In this document: positions 55,419-64,000 of the stretch, piece by piece
Layout: each line of letters opens with the position of its first letter
Position numbering within the stretch: the stretch's first letter is position 1
Program-made: the position numbers and the translations under genes
DNA from: Candidatus Binatia bacterium
GTDB lineage: Bacteria; Desulfobacterota; Binatia; HRBIN30
Length of the DNA: 64,000 nt
Direction of reading: 5' to 3'
Assembly (NCBI GenBank): GCA_026415395.1
Contig: JAOAHD010000007.1
Span: 855,972-919,971, forward strand
Notes under the pieces: model-generated
Databases searched by the model: none
The model's input: the letters and a program-made list of their open reading frames with translations, nothing else
What the model was told of the DNA's origin: nothing

Positions 55419-56387
55419 ATGGCGATCGTCGTCATGCGCTTTGACTTGCGGGTGCCGCCCTTTGCGACCACGGATCACGCCCGGCAATACGCGGCTTGTC
55501 TGGAGATGTGCCGTTGGGCGGATGAATTGGGGCTCGACATGTGCGTATTGTCCGAGCACCACGGAGTGGAAGATGGCTTCTTGCCAGCGCCGCTCACATT
55601 AGCAGCAGCCATCGCGGGCGCGACGAAACGGTTGCCGATCAATGTTGCCGCACTGTTGGTGCCGCTGCATGATCCGATTCGCTTGGCTGAAGAGTTGGCC
55701 GTGTTGGATCTCGTAAGCAGCGGACGAGTCAGCGTGGTTGCTGGCCTTGGTTACCGGCCGGAGGAGTTCGCCATGGCTGGAGTGGATCGCGCCCAGCGGG
55801 GCAAGCTGCTGGAAGAAGGGATCCAGGTGTTGCGTCAAGCGTGGACGGGTGAACCCTTCGAGTTCCGCGGCCGCACGGTGCGCGTGACACCTAAGCCCGC
55901 CAATCCCATTACGATCTTCTTGGGTGGCTCCACGCCTGCAGCGGCGCGCCGGGCGGCGCGGCTGCGGACGGCGTTTCTCCCCGCCATCGCGGATCCCCAA
56001 CTGGCGACGATCTACCAAGAGGAATGTGTGCGCGTGGGTTTCGACCAAGGTTTCGTGATGATGCCAGGAGGGCCGGGGTTCGTACATGTTTCGCAGGATC
56101 CAGAGCGGGATTGGGAGCGCATCGGACCGCACGCGTTGTACGACGCCACAACCTACGCTGCGTGGCAAACGCCGGATCAGCGCTCGCAGGTGCATGTGCA
56201 CGGGAGTACGCTCGAAGATGTTCGTCGCTCCGGGGTTTACCAGGTGCTCACCCCGGAAGAGTGCGTGGCGCTTGCACGGGAGCAAGGGCGGCTGGTGTTG
56301 CACCCGCTGATGGGAGGGATTGCGCCGGAGTTAGCCTGGGAGAGCCTACGCTTGTTCGAACGCGAAGTGTGGCCGCGGATCCGTTAA
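55419..56387 (+). CDS. LLM-class (luciferase-like) flavin-dependent oxidoreductase
   Basis: The start is MAIVVMRFDLRVPP. The TIM-barrel luciferase-like pattern includes GLDMCVLSEHH. Confidence 0.8.
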   Translation: MAIVVMRFDLRVPPFATTDHARQYAACLEMCRWADELGLDMCVLSEHHGVEDGFLPAPLTLAAAIAGATKRLPINVAALLVPLHDPIRLAEELAVLDLVSSGRVSVVAGLGYRPEEFAMAGVDRAQRGKLLEEGIQVLRQAWTGEPFEFRGRTVRVTPKPANPITIFLGGSTPAAARRAARLRTAFLPAIADPQLATIYQEECVRVGFDQGFVMMPGGPGFVHVSQDPERDWERIGPHALYDATTYAAWQTPDQRSQVHVHGSTLEDVRRSGVYQVLTPEECVALAREQGRLVLHPLMGGIAPELAWESLRLFEREVWPRIR

Positions 56388-57407
56388 ATGCGCTTTCTCT
56401 GTGATGACCGCGGTGGGGTTCGTTACGGCCGCTTTGAAGAGCCGGTGGAGGAAATCGACTATCGCCGCTGCCGGTTGATCGATGAGTACGATCGCCCCGC
56501 TGGACGGTGGCGCCGTTACTTTGGCTTTAAGCAATTCGAATTCCTCGGCGGGGTCAGCGAACAGGTCGTCTTTGGCTGCGCCCTAGTGAATGTGCGTTAC
56601 GCTGCTTCGGCATTCTTGTATGTATATTGGCCGAGACAAAAGCTCCTCGACGAATTCAGTTTCGTGCGTCCGCTGGCCCTGGGTGTGACCATGGACCAAC
56701 GCCCCGAGGACGGCCTTGCGGAGTTTGCGAGCGGCGGGGCCAGAATTCGTTTCTCTGCGGGTCGGCTTCCGCGAAGCCGGCAACTGATCGCGGACCTGCC
56801 CGGCCGCCTGGTTATCGAGGCCGAGTGGGACGAAGAGAGCCCGCCCACTAAGCCGATGCGCATTTGCACGCGTTCGGGCGCGGCCGGCTGGGTGTTCGCG
56901 CGCAAGACTGCGGGTCAGCAAGTACGCGGCACCTTGGAGACCAAAAATGGTCGCGTCGACCTGGCTAGTGTGGGCACGCTCGGTCATCGCGATTGGAGCG
57001 CCGGCTACATGCGCCGGGAAACGCATTGGCTATGGGGGTGTTTGGCTGGACGTGCCAACACGGGGGAGGCGATTGGACTCAACATCTCGTGCGGCGTGAA
57101 CGAAACGAGCTTTACCGAGAACTGTTTCTGGGTCGACGGCCAGCGGGAGGACCTGTGGTTGGTGCACTTCGACTTCGAGCGCACCAATTTCATGCGACCT
57201 TGGCGAATGACATCCAACGATGGCCGTTGCCAACTGTCGTTCCAACCCGAGGCATGCCATCGCGAGCGCATGCGTTTGGGGATACTCGGCCTGAACTTTT
57301 GCCAACTGATCGGCCGGTACAGCGGGGAGTTAATGCGGGCAAATGGCGACACGCTGCACCTGGAGCGCCAACTCGGATATGCCGAGTGGCAGTATGCTAA
57401 GTGGTGA
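56388..57407 (+). CDS. DUF2804-family protein
   Basis: The ATG follows the stop of the previous gene directly. The protein is 339 aa. The DUF2804 assignment is from overall sequence pattern recognition. Confidence 0.5.
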   Translation: MRFLCDDRGGVRYGRFEEPVEEIDYRRCRLIDEYDRPAGRWRRYFGFKQFEFLGGVSEQVVFGCALVNVRYAASAFLYVYWPRQKLLDEFSFVRPLALGVTMDQRPEDGLAEFASGGARIRFSAGRLPRSRQLIADLPGRLVIEAEWDEESPPTKPMRICTRSGAAGWVFARKTAGQQVRGTLETKNGRVDLASVGTLGHRDWSAGYMRRETHWLWGCLAGRANTGEAIGLNISCGVNETSFTENCFWVDGQREDLWLVHFDFERTNFMRPWRMTSNDGRCQLSFQPEACHRERMRLGILGLNFCQLIGRYSGELMRANGDTLHLERQLGYAEWQYAKW

Positions 57408-57600
57408 CCGTCAGCTAGCTTGCACGCCATCGATCCGAGGTCGGTAATTCGGCACCGGTCATTCCAGGAGCGCCCGCTGCGATTGAGCCAGCCCGCGCAA
57501 GGCGAAGTTTTAGGCGAGGGGTAGATTCGCTCCGAGGCCGCGAGGTTCAGCCGTGGCGGCAAGGCGTGGTATGTGCACGGCCGCTTGGCGGCCACTCCCC

Positions 57601-57990
57601 TCATTGGTTTCCGGTGGAGTCCGGCGCGGTTTGTCGGAGCCACGTTTGCATATCGAAGTAGTCCCGCCACGCCCGGATCTTCCCGTTTTCGATTTCGAAG
57701 ACCCCGGCAACCGGCAACTCCACGTCTTTGCCGAGGAAGCGAAAGCGGTCGATCCGCTCGGTGAAGACGACATTGTCCTTGCTGGCGAGGTGCAGAATCT
57801 CGAATTCGATGGACTCCGCGGGGCCGACAAAAGTCTCGAGGGTGGCTCGGATTGCATCTAAGCCCTGTAAGGGTGGCAGCGGCATGTTGTGGTAGACCGC
57901 GTCTGGGTGGAAGAACTCCAGCAGACGATCGATGTTCCGCTCCCGCCACGCTTCACAAAAGGCGACGACAATTTCTTGGCTCGCGCGCAT
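57601..57990 (-). CDS. SnoaL-like / NTF2-fold protein (limonene-1,2-epoxide-hydrolase-like)
   Basis: The start is MRASQEIVVAFCEAWRERNIDRLLEFFHPDAVYHNMP. The protein is about 129 aa. Confidence 0.65.
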   Translation of the reverse strand: MRASQEIVVAFCEAWRERNIDRLLEFFHPDAVYHNMPLPPLQGLDAIRATLETFVGPAESIEFEILHLASKDNVVFTERIDRFRFLGKDVELPVAGVFEIENGKIRAWRDYFDMQTWLRQTAPDSTGNQ

Positions 57991-58445
57991 GATTGCCCTC
58001 CCAAGCAAACAATCCGCTACCAACGTGTATCACGAGTGTGCTGGTTTTACCTAGGGGGGATGGTAAGCTAGAGAGCAAGCTCCGAACCCTCTCTGCGCCC
58101 GACCCCACGCGGCCAGCCGGGTAGTTGGTCCACCTACTGTCAATTCCTCGGCCGCGTTGCTTGTTTATTTTCCCGAGTCACTCCTCGCCGTTCGACGCCT
58201 TGAGGCTGGGAACCTGAGAAGAGCTAGCGAAGCCGCTTGTGTGCTTGTTGATTTAGCGGGTTCAAGACCAAAACTCCGATTGACTTCGTCTTTTTTGAAT
58301 GGCAGGTTGCTCGTGCTGGCCTTCGTGTAGGCATCGGCTAGCAGGTTGGGTACGTCAACAGGATTGTACGCAGTGGTTCTTGACCAGTGGTTCGAACCGC
58401 AAAGGGGGTAATGCACGGGGTGTGGTGAATTGTAAGGAGGAAGAC

Positions 58446-60968
58446 ATGGCGGTCCACGATCGATGCTTCCGGGTCGGGTGCATTTGCCGATCCTTGCGTT
58501 TATGGCGTGCCTTCGCGGTAGCCGTGTTGGCGGTGGTGGCAGCTCGGGGAAGTGCGCAGCTAGGGGAGCGGTTGCGGCTGGTGAGTGTCAATCCCGCCGG
58601 CCAAGCGTCCAACGGTACCGCTGGCGGGGTGGGGATGGACCGTGAGGGGCGGGTGGTCGGCTTTTATTCGGATGCCTCCAACTTGGTCGTCCTTGATACG
58701 AACCAGACGCGAGACGTGTTCGTGCGCGATCTTGTGACGGGTGCGACGGAGCGGGTGAGCGTAAGTTCCACTGGGGCCCAAGCGAACGGGCCCAGTCATG
58801 CACAAGGTGGCAACGTGTCCCTGAGCGGCGATGGTAGCCTCGTGGTCTTTTATTCAGCGGCGACCAACCTTGTGCCGGGAGACACCAATGCTCGCGCAGA
58901 CGTGTTTGTGCGCCGCAGAGATGCGGGAACGACGGAGCGGGTGAGTGTGGCGAGTGACGGGTCTCAGGCGAACGGGCACAGCACCTACGCAGCGATCAGT
59001 GCCGATGGCCGTTGGGTGGCCTTTCAGTCGGAAGCAACAAACTTGATCCCCGCCGATACAAATCGCGTCACCGATATTTTCGTGCGCGACCTGGTGAACG
59101 GCACCACGGAGCGACTGTGCAACGTCCAGCCGAACGGGCCGAGCTCCAACCCGGCGATTAGCGAGGATGGCTCGGTGGTGGCGTTCTCCTCGGCGGCCAC
59201 GAATTTGGTCAACGGCGACACCAATGGGCGGCTCGATATTTTTGTGTGCGACCGGACTCGCGGCAGCGTCGAGCTTGTGAGCATTGCCTCCGACGGCACT
59301 CAAGGAAACGGCGACAGCATCTTGCCGGCCATTAGTGCGGACGGTCGGTTCGTCGCATTTAAGTCGCTCGCGAACAACCTCGTGCCGGATGATCGGAATG
59401 GTGTCGTGGATGTGTTTGTATTCGATCGGCAGAGCCGCACGACAGAGCGGGTGAGTGTGAATGTACGTGGGGGCAACGCAGACGACTTCTCTTTCCCGCC
59501 GACGATCTCGGCGGATGGTCGGTTCGTGGCCTTCGGTTCGTCCGCAACGAACTTGATCTTTAACGATTCGAACCACGTGTCGGATATGTTCGTGCGCGAT
59601 CGCCAAATTGGGCGCACGCTGATTGTGGATGTGAACGACCGTGGCGAGCTGGCTAATGGCGGCGTTCCCGATGCGGCGCCGGCGATTTCGGGGCCTGGCA
59701 CGCGTGTGGCCTTCGTCTCGTTTGCCACCAATCTCGTGCCGGGCGGTGCCTCGACAGGGCAGGCGTACGTCGCTCAGAATCCGTTTTTCGGCCCGGGCGC
59801 GTGCCCCGACGGGCTTTGCCCTGAGGGGCTGGTTTGCGTGGAGGGATTCTGCGTGACCCCGACGCGCACACCAACTGTGACGCGAACCCCGACGCCGACG
59901 CAAACGCGCACCCCGACGAATACGCGCACGCCAACACCCACTTTCCGCCCCTGCGAGACGGATGCTGACTGCCCTCCGGACCATCATTGCCGTGGCGGTA
60001 CGTGCAAGAAGAAACGCGAGTGTGACGATAACGACCCGACGATTGACCGACTGAATTGCTTTGACCGCGAAGCCTGTGTCGATGGCCTTTGCGAGTGTGG
60101 CGGGGATTGTAATCGCGATGGTTTCGTGTTCGGGAACGAGGTATCGAACGCTGTGTACATCCTTGGCGATGTGCTGCCGCTCTCGCAATGTGCAGCCGCC
60201 GATCTCAACGGAGATGGGCAGGTGATGGGTAACGAGATTACGCAGATCGTGTTGAACTTGGCACGAGGTTGCGTGCAGGAGGGTAGGCCCCTCACCTTTG
60301 CGCACGACCGCGGGCAAACGGTGACGCTGATGATCACCGCGCGTGCCGCAGGCGAGGATCGGGTGGATGTCAGCGTGGAGGCTAGCGGCGGCGAGGGCGA
60401 GCTAGCGACCGTGCAGTTGGATTTGCTGTACGATCCCGCCCTGTTGGGGATTGCGGACCCAGGGCGCGCGTGTCGCTTGGACGATCGCATTCGCGGCTCT
60501 CACGTGTTGCTGGCCACACAGCCGCAAAACCCGCCAGCACCGGAGGGGCGCAAGCGATTGCGCCTGTTCGCGGGCGATCTCGCGTTCCCGATTCAGACTT
60601 TTGCCGATGGCCCGGTGTTCCACTGTACGTTCTCCCGGGTGCAGGGAGGCGCAGGCGAAGCAGTATTTGGTGCAGACCGTACGAATGTGGGTGACCAACG
60701 AGCCGATACCTATCGTGTTGTTGTTGTTTCGGGTGGGATTACTCTGGAAGCTCCCACGGTCACTGAGCCGACACCGACAATGAGTTGTGCCGGTGACTGC
60801 GATGGCAATGGTCAGGTCATGGGCAACGAGATCACCACGGTGGTGCAAATTATGGCTTCGCGCCTGCCGTTGAGTGCGTGCCCGAACGCGGATGCAGATG
60901 GTGATGGTGAGGTCACGGTAGGCGACGTGACCAAAGCGGTCATCCGCTTAGCACGGGGGTGTCCATGA
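58446..60968 (+). CDS. secreted PD40/WD40-like beta-propeller protein carrying two dockerin-like Ca-binding repeat pairs that flank a cohesin-like beta-sandwich domain
   Basis: The ATG at 58446 has an AAGGAGGA RBS. The signal is MAVHDRCFRVGCICRSLRLWRAFAVAVLAVVAARGSAQ. A ~44-aa repeat occurs 8 or more times (ISADGRxVAF.S.ATNL...DTN...DVFVRD...G.TERVS). There is a TPT(R/Q)TPT linker, a Cys-rich module, and dockerin-like pairs DCNRDGFVFGNE...DLNGDGQVMGNEI and DCDGNGQVMGNEI...DADGDGEVTVGDV. The central segment reads VTLMITARAAG...ATVQLDLLYDPALLGI...FHCTFSRV. Confidence 0.7.
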   Translation: MAVHDRCFRVGCICRSLRLWRAFAVAVLAVVAARGSAQLGERLRLVSVNPAGQASNGTAGGVGMDREGRVVGFYSDASNLVVLDTNQTRDVFVRDLVTGATERVSVSSTGAQANGPSHAQGGNVSLSGDGSLVVFYSAATNLVPGDTNARADVFVRRRDAGTTERVSVASDGSQANGHSTYAAISADGRWVAFQSEATNLIPADTNRVTDIFVRDLVNGTTERLCNVQPNGPSSNPAISEDGSVVAFSSAATNLVNGDTNGRLDIFVCDRTRGSVELVSIASDGTQGNGDSILPAISADGRFVAFKSLANNLVPDDRNGVVDVFVFDRQSRTTERVSVNVRGGNADDFSFPPTISADGRFVAFGSSATNLIFNDSNHVSDMFVRDRQIGRTLIVDVNDRGELANGGVPDAAPAISGPGTRVAFVSFATNLVPGGASTGQAYVAQNPFFGPGACPDGLCPEGLVCVEGFCVTPTRTPTVTRTPTPTQTRTPTNTRTPTPTFRPCETDADCPPDHHCRGGTCKKKRECDDNDPTIDRLNCFDREACVDGLCECGGDCNRDGFVFGNEVSNAVYILGDVLPLSQCAAADLNGDGQVMGNEITQIVLNLARGCVQEGRPLTFAHDRGQTVTLMITARAAGEDRVDVSVEASGGEGELATVQLDLLYDPALLGIADPGRACRLDDRIRGSHVLLATQPQNPPAPEGRKRLRLFAGDLAFPIQTFADGPVFHCTFSRVQGGAGEAVFGADRTNVGDQRADTYRVVVVSGGITLEAPTVTEPTPTMSCAGDCDGNGQVMGNEITTVVQIMASRLPLSACPNADADGDGEVTVGDVTKAVIRLARGCP
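59856..59943 (+). repeat. Thr/Pro-rich low-complexity linker coding repeat (TPTRTPTVTRTPTPTQTRTPTNTRTPTPT)
   Basis: The nucleotide sequence consists of direct ac(g/c)cc(g/a)ac-type hexamer/nonamer iterations. Similar tracts occur at 61696-61850 and 62284-62470 in the next gene. Confidence 0.7.
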
Positions 60969-61021
60969 CGTGGCTGCGAAGGTTGAAAAGGCGTGGGTGT
61001 GTTAGGCAGGAGGAGGCGCCA

Positions 61022-62599
61022 ATGAGGCAGCAAGTGCAGCCGCAGCAGGCTCGCAGAAACGGGATACGGAAGCCAAGCCTTTTGACCGCGATGACTTGTG
61101 CTGGCATTTGGAGCTTCTTTGCCTTGCCGGCACTAGGGGTGGTCACGATTCGTGTCACCACATCCGATGCGTTTACGGGAGGGGATGGTGCTCCGCCCGA
61201 GGCGGCAACCATGACAGTACGTCTGGAGCGGGAAAACTCGAGCGAGGTGGCAACGACCGTCAACTTCGACCTGATCTTTCGCACAGCGCAGTTCGATTTG
61301 TCCGGAGCATGCGAGGATGAGTCGCCGTGTCAGCTTTCAGAGACGTGTCCCAATGGAGGAACGTGCCGCTTCGTTCCAGTTCGATGTCAGAAGGATCCAC
61401 GGCTCGCGGACCATCTCTTGGAAGTTGTACCTCCGGATTTTCAGAACGTGCCGGCTGGGGAGTATCGGTTGCGCTTTGCATTGGTGACGACGACCTTCTC
61501 GAACCCCTTGCCGGTCATCGACGACGGGGTGTTGCTCACGTGTAGCCTTCCGCCGCAGGCTAGCGCTTCACCAGGCCCGCAGGTCATCTCCTACCAGAGG
61601 CTGCAGGTGGCGGACAACCAGTTGCCCGCGCGAGAGGTTCCTTCGCAGATCGTCTTGCAATTGGGTCAAATTGTGGCCGGAGCACGAAAAACAGCAACAC
61701 CGACGCCCTCGCCCACGCCGACTGCGACTGGGCCCACCGCAACGCCAACGGGCACGCTGGCGACGGAGACGCCGACTCCTACGCAATCGCTTACCCCCGG
61801 CACGCCGATCCCGCGCACGCCGTGTCCCTCGCCACGCCCGGCGCCGGGAGGCCCCGCGGTGTACGCCGAGGATGTAGTGCTTGCCGCGAGTGGCCCCGTG
61901 ACGGTGACGGTCAAGCTCGCCGCAGGTGACCGTCAGATTGTGGCCACACAGAACGACCTGGCGTTGACTGGTGGCATTCGCATCGACGCCGGTACCGGCG
62001 GCCGCCCCGACTGCACAGTGAATCCCGAGCTGAACAAGAACGGTTCCACCTTTGGGTTCCTGCCCCCTGGATGCAGCGGTGATGCGTGCACAGGAATCCG
62101 TGCGGTCGTTGTGTCGCTGGACAACGTGGATCCGATTCCCGATGGAGCGGTGTTGTACACATGCCGAGCGACGCTGACGGATGTGGAGGCGCGTGTCGAT
62201 GTGACCGGTGTGGTGGGGAGCGACGCAAACGGGGATCCGGTTCCAGGAGTCGGTAGTCGCGACGGGTTTATATGTGTGGAGCCGCCGCCCACTCCCACAC
62301 CGACGGTTACCAACACCGCGACGCCTCAGCCGCCGAGCCCGACGGCGACCGTGACCTCGCCGGCCGCGACGAGAACGGCCACGCCAACCGGAACGGGAAC
62401 AATCGGTACGCCCACGTCCACGCGAACGCTGGGGAGCCCGACCGCGACGCGAACGGCGACGGGGCCTGCTCCCAGTGAGGGAGGCAACGGTTGTGATTGC
62501 AACGTGGCTGGCACTCCGGGTGCGGGTTGGTCGTCTGCGTGGCTCTTGCTGCCGGCTCTTTTCCTGAGGTGGCGGCGCCGGCGCTTGGGTGTAGCGTGA
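61022..62599 (+). CDS. cell-surface scaffold-like protein with cohesin-like domains, Thr/Pro linkers and a C-terminal MYXO-CTERM-like sorting signal
   Basis: The ATG at 61022 has an AGGAGGA RBS. The signal is MRQQVQPQQARRNGIRKPSLLTAMTCAGIWSFFALPALG. The cohesin-like segments are VNFDLIFRTAQFDL and IVATQNDLALTGGIRIDA...VLYTCRATL. There are three TP-rich linkers. The C-terminus GNGCDCNVAGTPGAGWSSAWLLLPALFLRWRRRR matches the GC-motif + TM helix + Arg-cluster pattern. Confidence 0.65.
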   Translation: MRQQVQPQQARRNGIRKPSLLTAMTCAGIWSFFALPALGVVTIRVTTSDAFTGGDGAPPEAATMTVRLERENSSEVATTVNFDLIFRTAQFDLSGACEDESPCQLSETCPNGGTCRFVPVRCQKDPRLADHLLEVVPPDFQNVPAGEYRLRFALVTTTFSNPLPVIDDGVLLTCSLPPQASASPGPQVISYQRLQVADNQLPAREVPSQIVLQLGQIVAGARKTATPTPSPTPTATGPTATPTGTLATETPTPTQSLTPGTPIPRTPCPSPRPAPGGPAVYAEDVVLAASGPVTVTVKLAAGDRQIVATQNDLALTGGIRIDAGTGGRPDCTVNPELNKNGSTFGFLPPGCSGDACTGIRAVVVSLDNVDPIPDGAVLYTCRATLTDVEARVDVTGVVGSDANGDPVPGVGSRDGFICVEPPPTPTPTVTNTATPQPPSPTATVTSPAATRTATPTGTGTIGTPTSTRTLGSPTATRTATGPAPSEGGNGCDCNVAGTPGAGWSSAWLLLPALFLRWRRRRLGVA

Positions 62600-62627
62600 A
62601 GCGAACTCATTGGTAGAAGGTGAGGTG

Positions 62628-64000
62628 ATGTCCGACTTACCGTGGCGCTCGGTTTGGGGCGAGGGTGTGGTCGCAGAGGTGGACAAGCGACCGACAGTTG
62701 AGGAGTTGATCTCGCGGTTCGAGCGCCGGCAAGGCTTGGTCGGCATCATCGGCCTCGGCTACGTGGGGTTGCCGCTTGCTGCCACATTTGCTGAGGGCGG
62801 CGTGGCGGTTTTGGGCTTCGACATCGATCGGAGCAAAGTGGAGGAGCTGAGGGCAGGGAGAAGTTACATCCGGCACATCGAGAGCGAGCGGCTCGGGAAA
62901 ATTGTTGCCCATCAGGGGCCGCGACCCTCGCCGGGGAAGTTTTACCCGACGGCCGACTTTGCGCTTCTCCGGTTTTGCGATGCGATCCTGATTTGCGTGC
63001 CGACGCCGCTGAGCCCGAACCGGGATCCCGACCTGTCTTACGTAGAGAAAACGGGGGAGACCATTGCGGAATACCTGCGCCCTGGGCAGCTGGTTGTGCT
63101 AGAGAGCACCACTTACCCAGGGACCACGGACGAGGTGTTGAAAACGATCCTGGAGCGATCCGGGTTGCGCGTCGGGGTCGACGTGCACCTGGCGTTCTCG
63201 CCAGAGCGGGAGGATCCAAATAACCCGCACTTCACGACCCGCACGATTCCAAAACTGGTTGGAGGCGTTACCGAGGCCTGCACGCGCGTGGCAGCGGCTT
63301 TATATGGGGCAGTGCTCGAGCGGGTGGTGCCGGTGTCATCAGCAAGGGTGGCGGAAGCGGCGAAGTTGCTGGAGAACATTTATCGGTGCGTGAACATTGC
63401 CTTGGTCAACGAGCTTAAGGTGCTGTTCGACCGCATGGGAATCGATATCTGGGAGGTCATCGATGCTGCGGCAACCAAACCCTTCGGGTTCACCCCCTTT
63501 TACCCTGGGCCGGGTTTGGGCGGGCACTGTATCCCCATCGATCCATTTTATTTGAGTTGGAAAGCGCGGGAGTACGAGTTGACCACGCGCTTCATCGAGC
63601 TCGCTGGTGAGATCAACCACGCCATGCCGGCTTTCGTCATCGGGAAGCTGGCCGATGCGTTGAACGAGCGGCAAAAGAGCCTAAAGGGCGCGCGCATCCT
63701 CGTGCTCGGTGTGGCGTATAAAAAGGATCTCGACGACACCCGCGAGTCGCCAGCGTTGAGACTGATCGATCTCTTGCTCCGCAAAGGAGCGCGGGTGAGT
63801 TACCACGATCCCTACGTTCCGTACTTGAAGCGGTCGCGAAATTATGATTTTAACATGGCGTCAGTTCCATTGACTCGGGATGAGCTGGAGCGTGCGGATG
63901 CGGTGGTGGTGGCGACGGACCATTCGGTGTTCGACTATGAGTTCATCGTCGAGGCAAGTCAGCTTGTCATCGATACGCGCAATGCGACTCGCCATGTGCG
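62628..64000 (+). CDS. nucleotide-sugar dehydrogenase (UDP-glucose/GDP-mannose dehydrogenase family; UDP-N-acetyl-D-mannosamine/glucosamine dehydrogenase-like), 3' end beyond window
   Basis: The ATG at 62628 has a GAAGGTGAGGTG RBS. The NAD-binding segment is GLVGIIGLGYVGLPLAATFA. The catalytic Cys region is GFTPFYPGPGLGGHCIPIDP. The C-terminal UDP-binding domain reads ILVLGVAYKKDLDDTRESPA. It is not in the track because it has no stop within the window. Confidence 0.85.
   Translation, partial: MSDLPWRSVWGEGVVAEVDKRPTVEELISRFERRQGLVGIIGLGYVGLPLAATFAEGGVAVLGFDIDRSKVEELRAGRSYIRHIESERLGKIVAHQGPRPSPGKFYPTADFALLRFCDAILICVPTPLSPNRDPDLSYVEKTGETIAEYLRPGQLVVLESTTYPGTTDEVLKTILERSGLRVGVDVHLAFSPEREDPNNPHFTTRTIPKLVGGVTEACTRVAAALYGAVLERVVPVSSARVAEAAKLLENIYRCVNIALVNELKVLFDRMGIDIWEVIDAAATKPFGFTPFYPGPGLGGHCIPIDPFYLSWKAREYELTTRFIELAGEINHAMPAFVIGKLADALNERQKSLKGARILVLGVAYKKDLDDTRESPALRLIDLLLRKGARVSYHDPYVPYLKRSRNYDFNMASVPLTRDELERADAVVVATDHSVFDYEFIVEASQLVIDTRNATRHV

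Noticed and set aside
58299-58445. N-terminal 49 codons of the 889-aa ORF and a possible sigma-54-like TGGCAG-N-GC element at about 58301-58318
   Set aside because: The strong AAGGAGGA RBS and the signal peptide begin at 58446. The promoter-like element matches the TGGCAC-N5-TTGC consensus at too few positions to call.
59856-62470. Tandem short nucleotide repeats (acgccgac-type) that could be mistaken for CRISPR or a VNTR
   Set aside because: They are in-frame codon iterations for Thr-Pro linkers inside two CDSs. Periods are 6-9 nt with no spacer/repeat architecture.

Overview
This is a high-GC (~68%) bacterial chromosomal segment, densely coding on both strands, with frequent GTG/TTG starts and 4-bp ATGA overlaps. 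A C-terminal GC-x-C + TM + Arg-cluster tail resembling the MYXO-CTERM sorting signal suggests a Myxococcota-like organism (inference only).

I support about 49 protein-coding genes and no rRNA, tRNA, CRISPR array or mobile element. Many ORFs in the six-frame track are opposite-strand or alternate-frame shadows of real genes, as expected at this GC content.

Housekeeping and metabolic genes include valS, the opgG-opgH osmoregulated periplasmic glucan pair, the peroxiredoxin Bcp, an SDR, two luciferase-like oxidoreductases, a GST, a crotonase, a GMC oxidoreductase, two acyl-CoA ligases, a DUF35/thiolase pair, dodecin, an APC permease, a GH31 lipoprotein, TonB, Bpt, and an FmdB + hydantoinase-A pair.

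The accessory systems worth most attention are:
- a compact RiPP-type three-gene cluster at 43.17-45.11 kb: a Sec-signal-peptide 6-Cys precursor, a DUF692/MNIO-like enzyme and a DUF2063-like partner, i.e. a bufferin-like metallophore locus;
- a two-gene cohesin-dockerin-like surface module at 58.4-62.6 kb: a PD40 beta-propeller protein with two dockerin-like EF-hand pairs and a cohesin-like domain, followed by a multi-cohesin-like scaffold ending in a MYXO-CTERM-like anchor, then a nucleotide-sugar dehydrogenase running off the window;
- a run of large secreted proteins at 13.0-20.2 kb: a metzincin protease, a LamG/PQQ-propeller/OB-fold protein and a YVTN-propeller/TSP3-repeat protein;
- a membrane-lipid-remodelling-looking cluster at 35.2-42.9 kb: a polytopic membrane protein, an LPG-synthase-TM flippase-like protein, a CDP-alcohol phosphatidyltransferase, lipoproteins and an acyl-CoA ligase;
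- a tripartite ABC exporter with duplicated FtsX permeases and a HlyD adaptor at 30.8-35.2 kb.

Two genes (a FemAB-family gene at 982-1989 and the YVTN gene at 18528-20235) are interrupted by five single-base frameshifts in total, at least three of them at homopolymer runs. That pattern looks more like assembly indel error than real pseudogenes. All calls come from manual translation and motif recognition; no database search was run.
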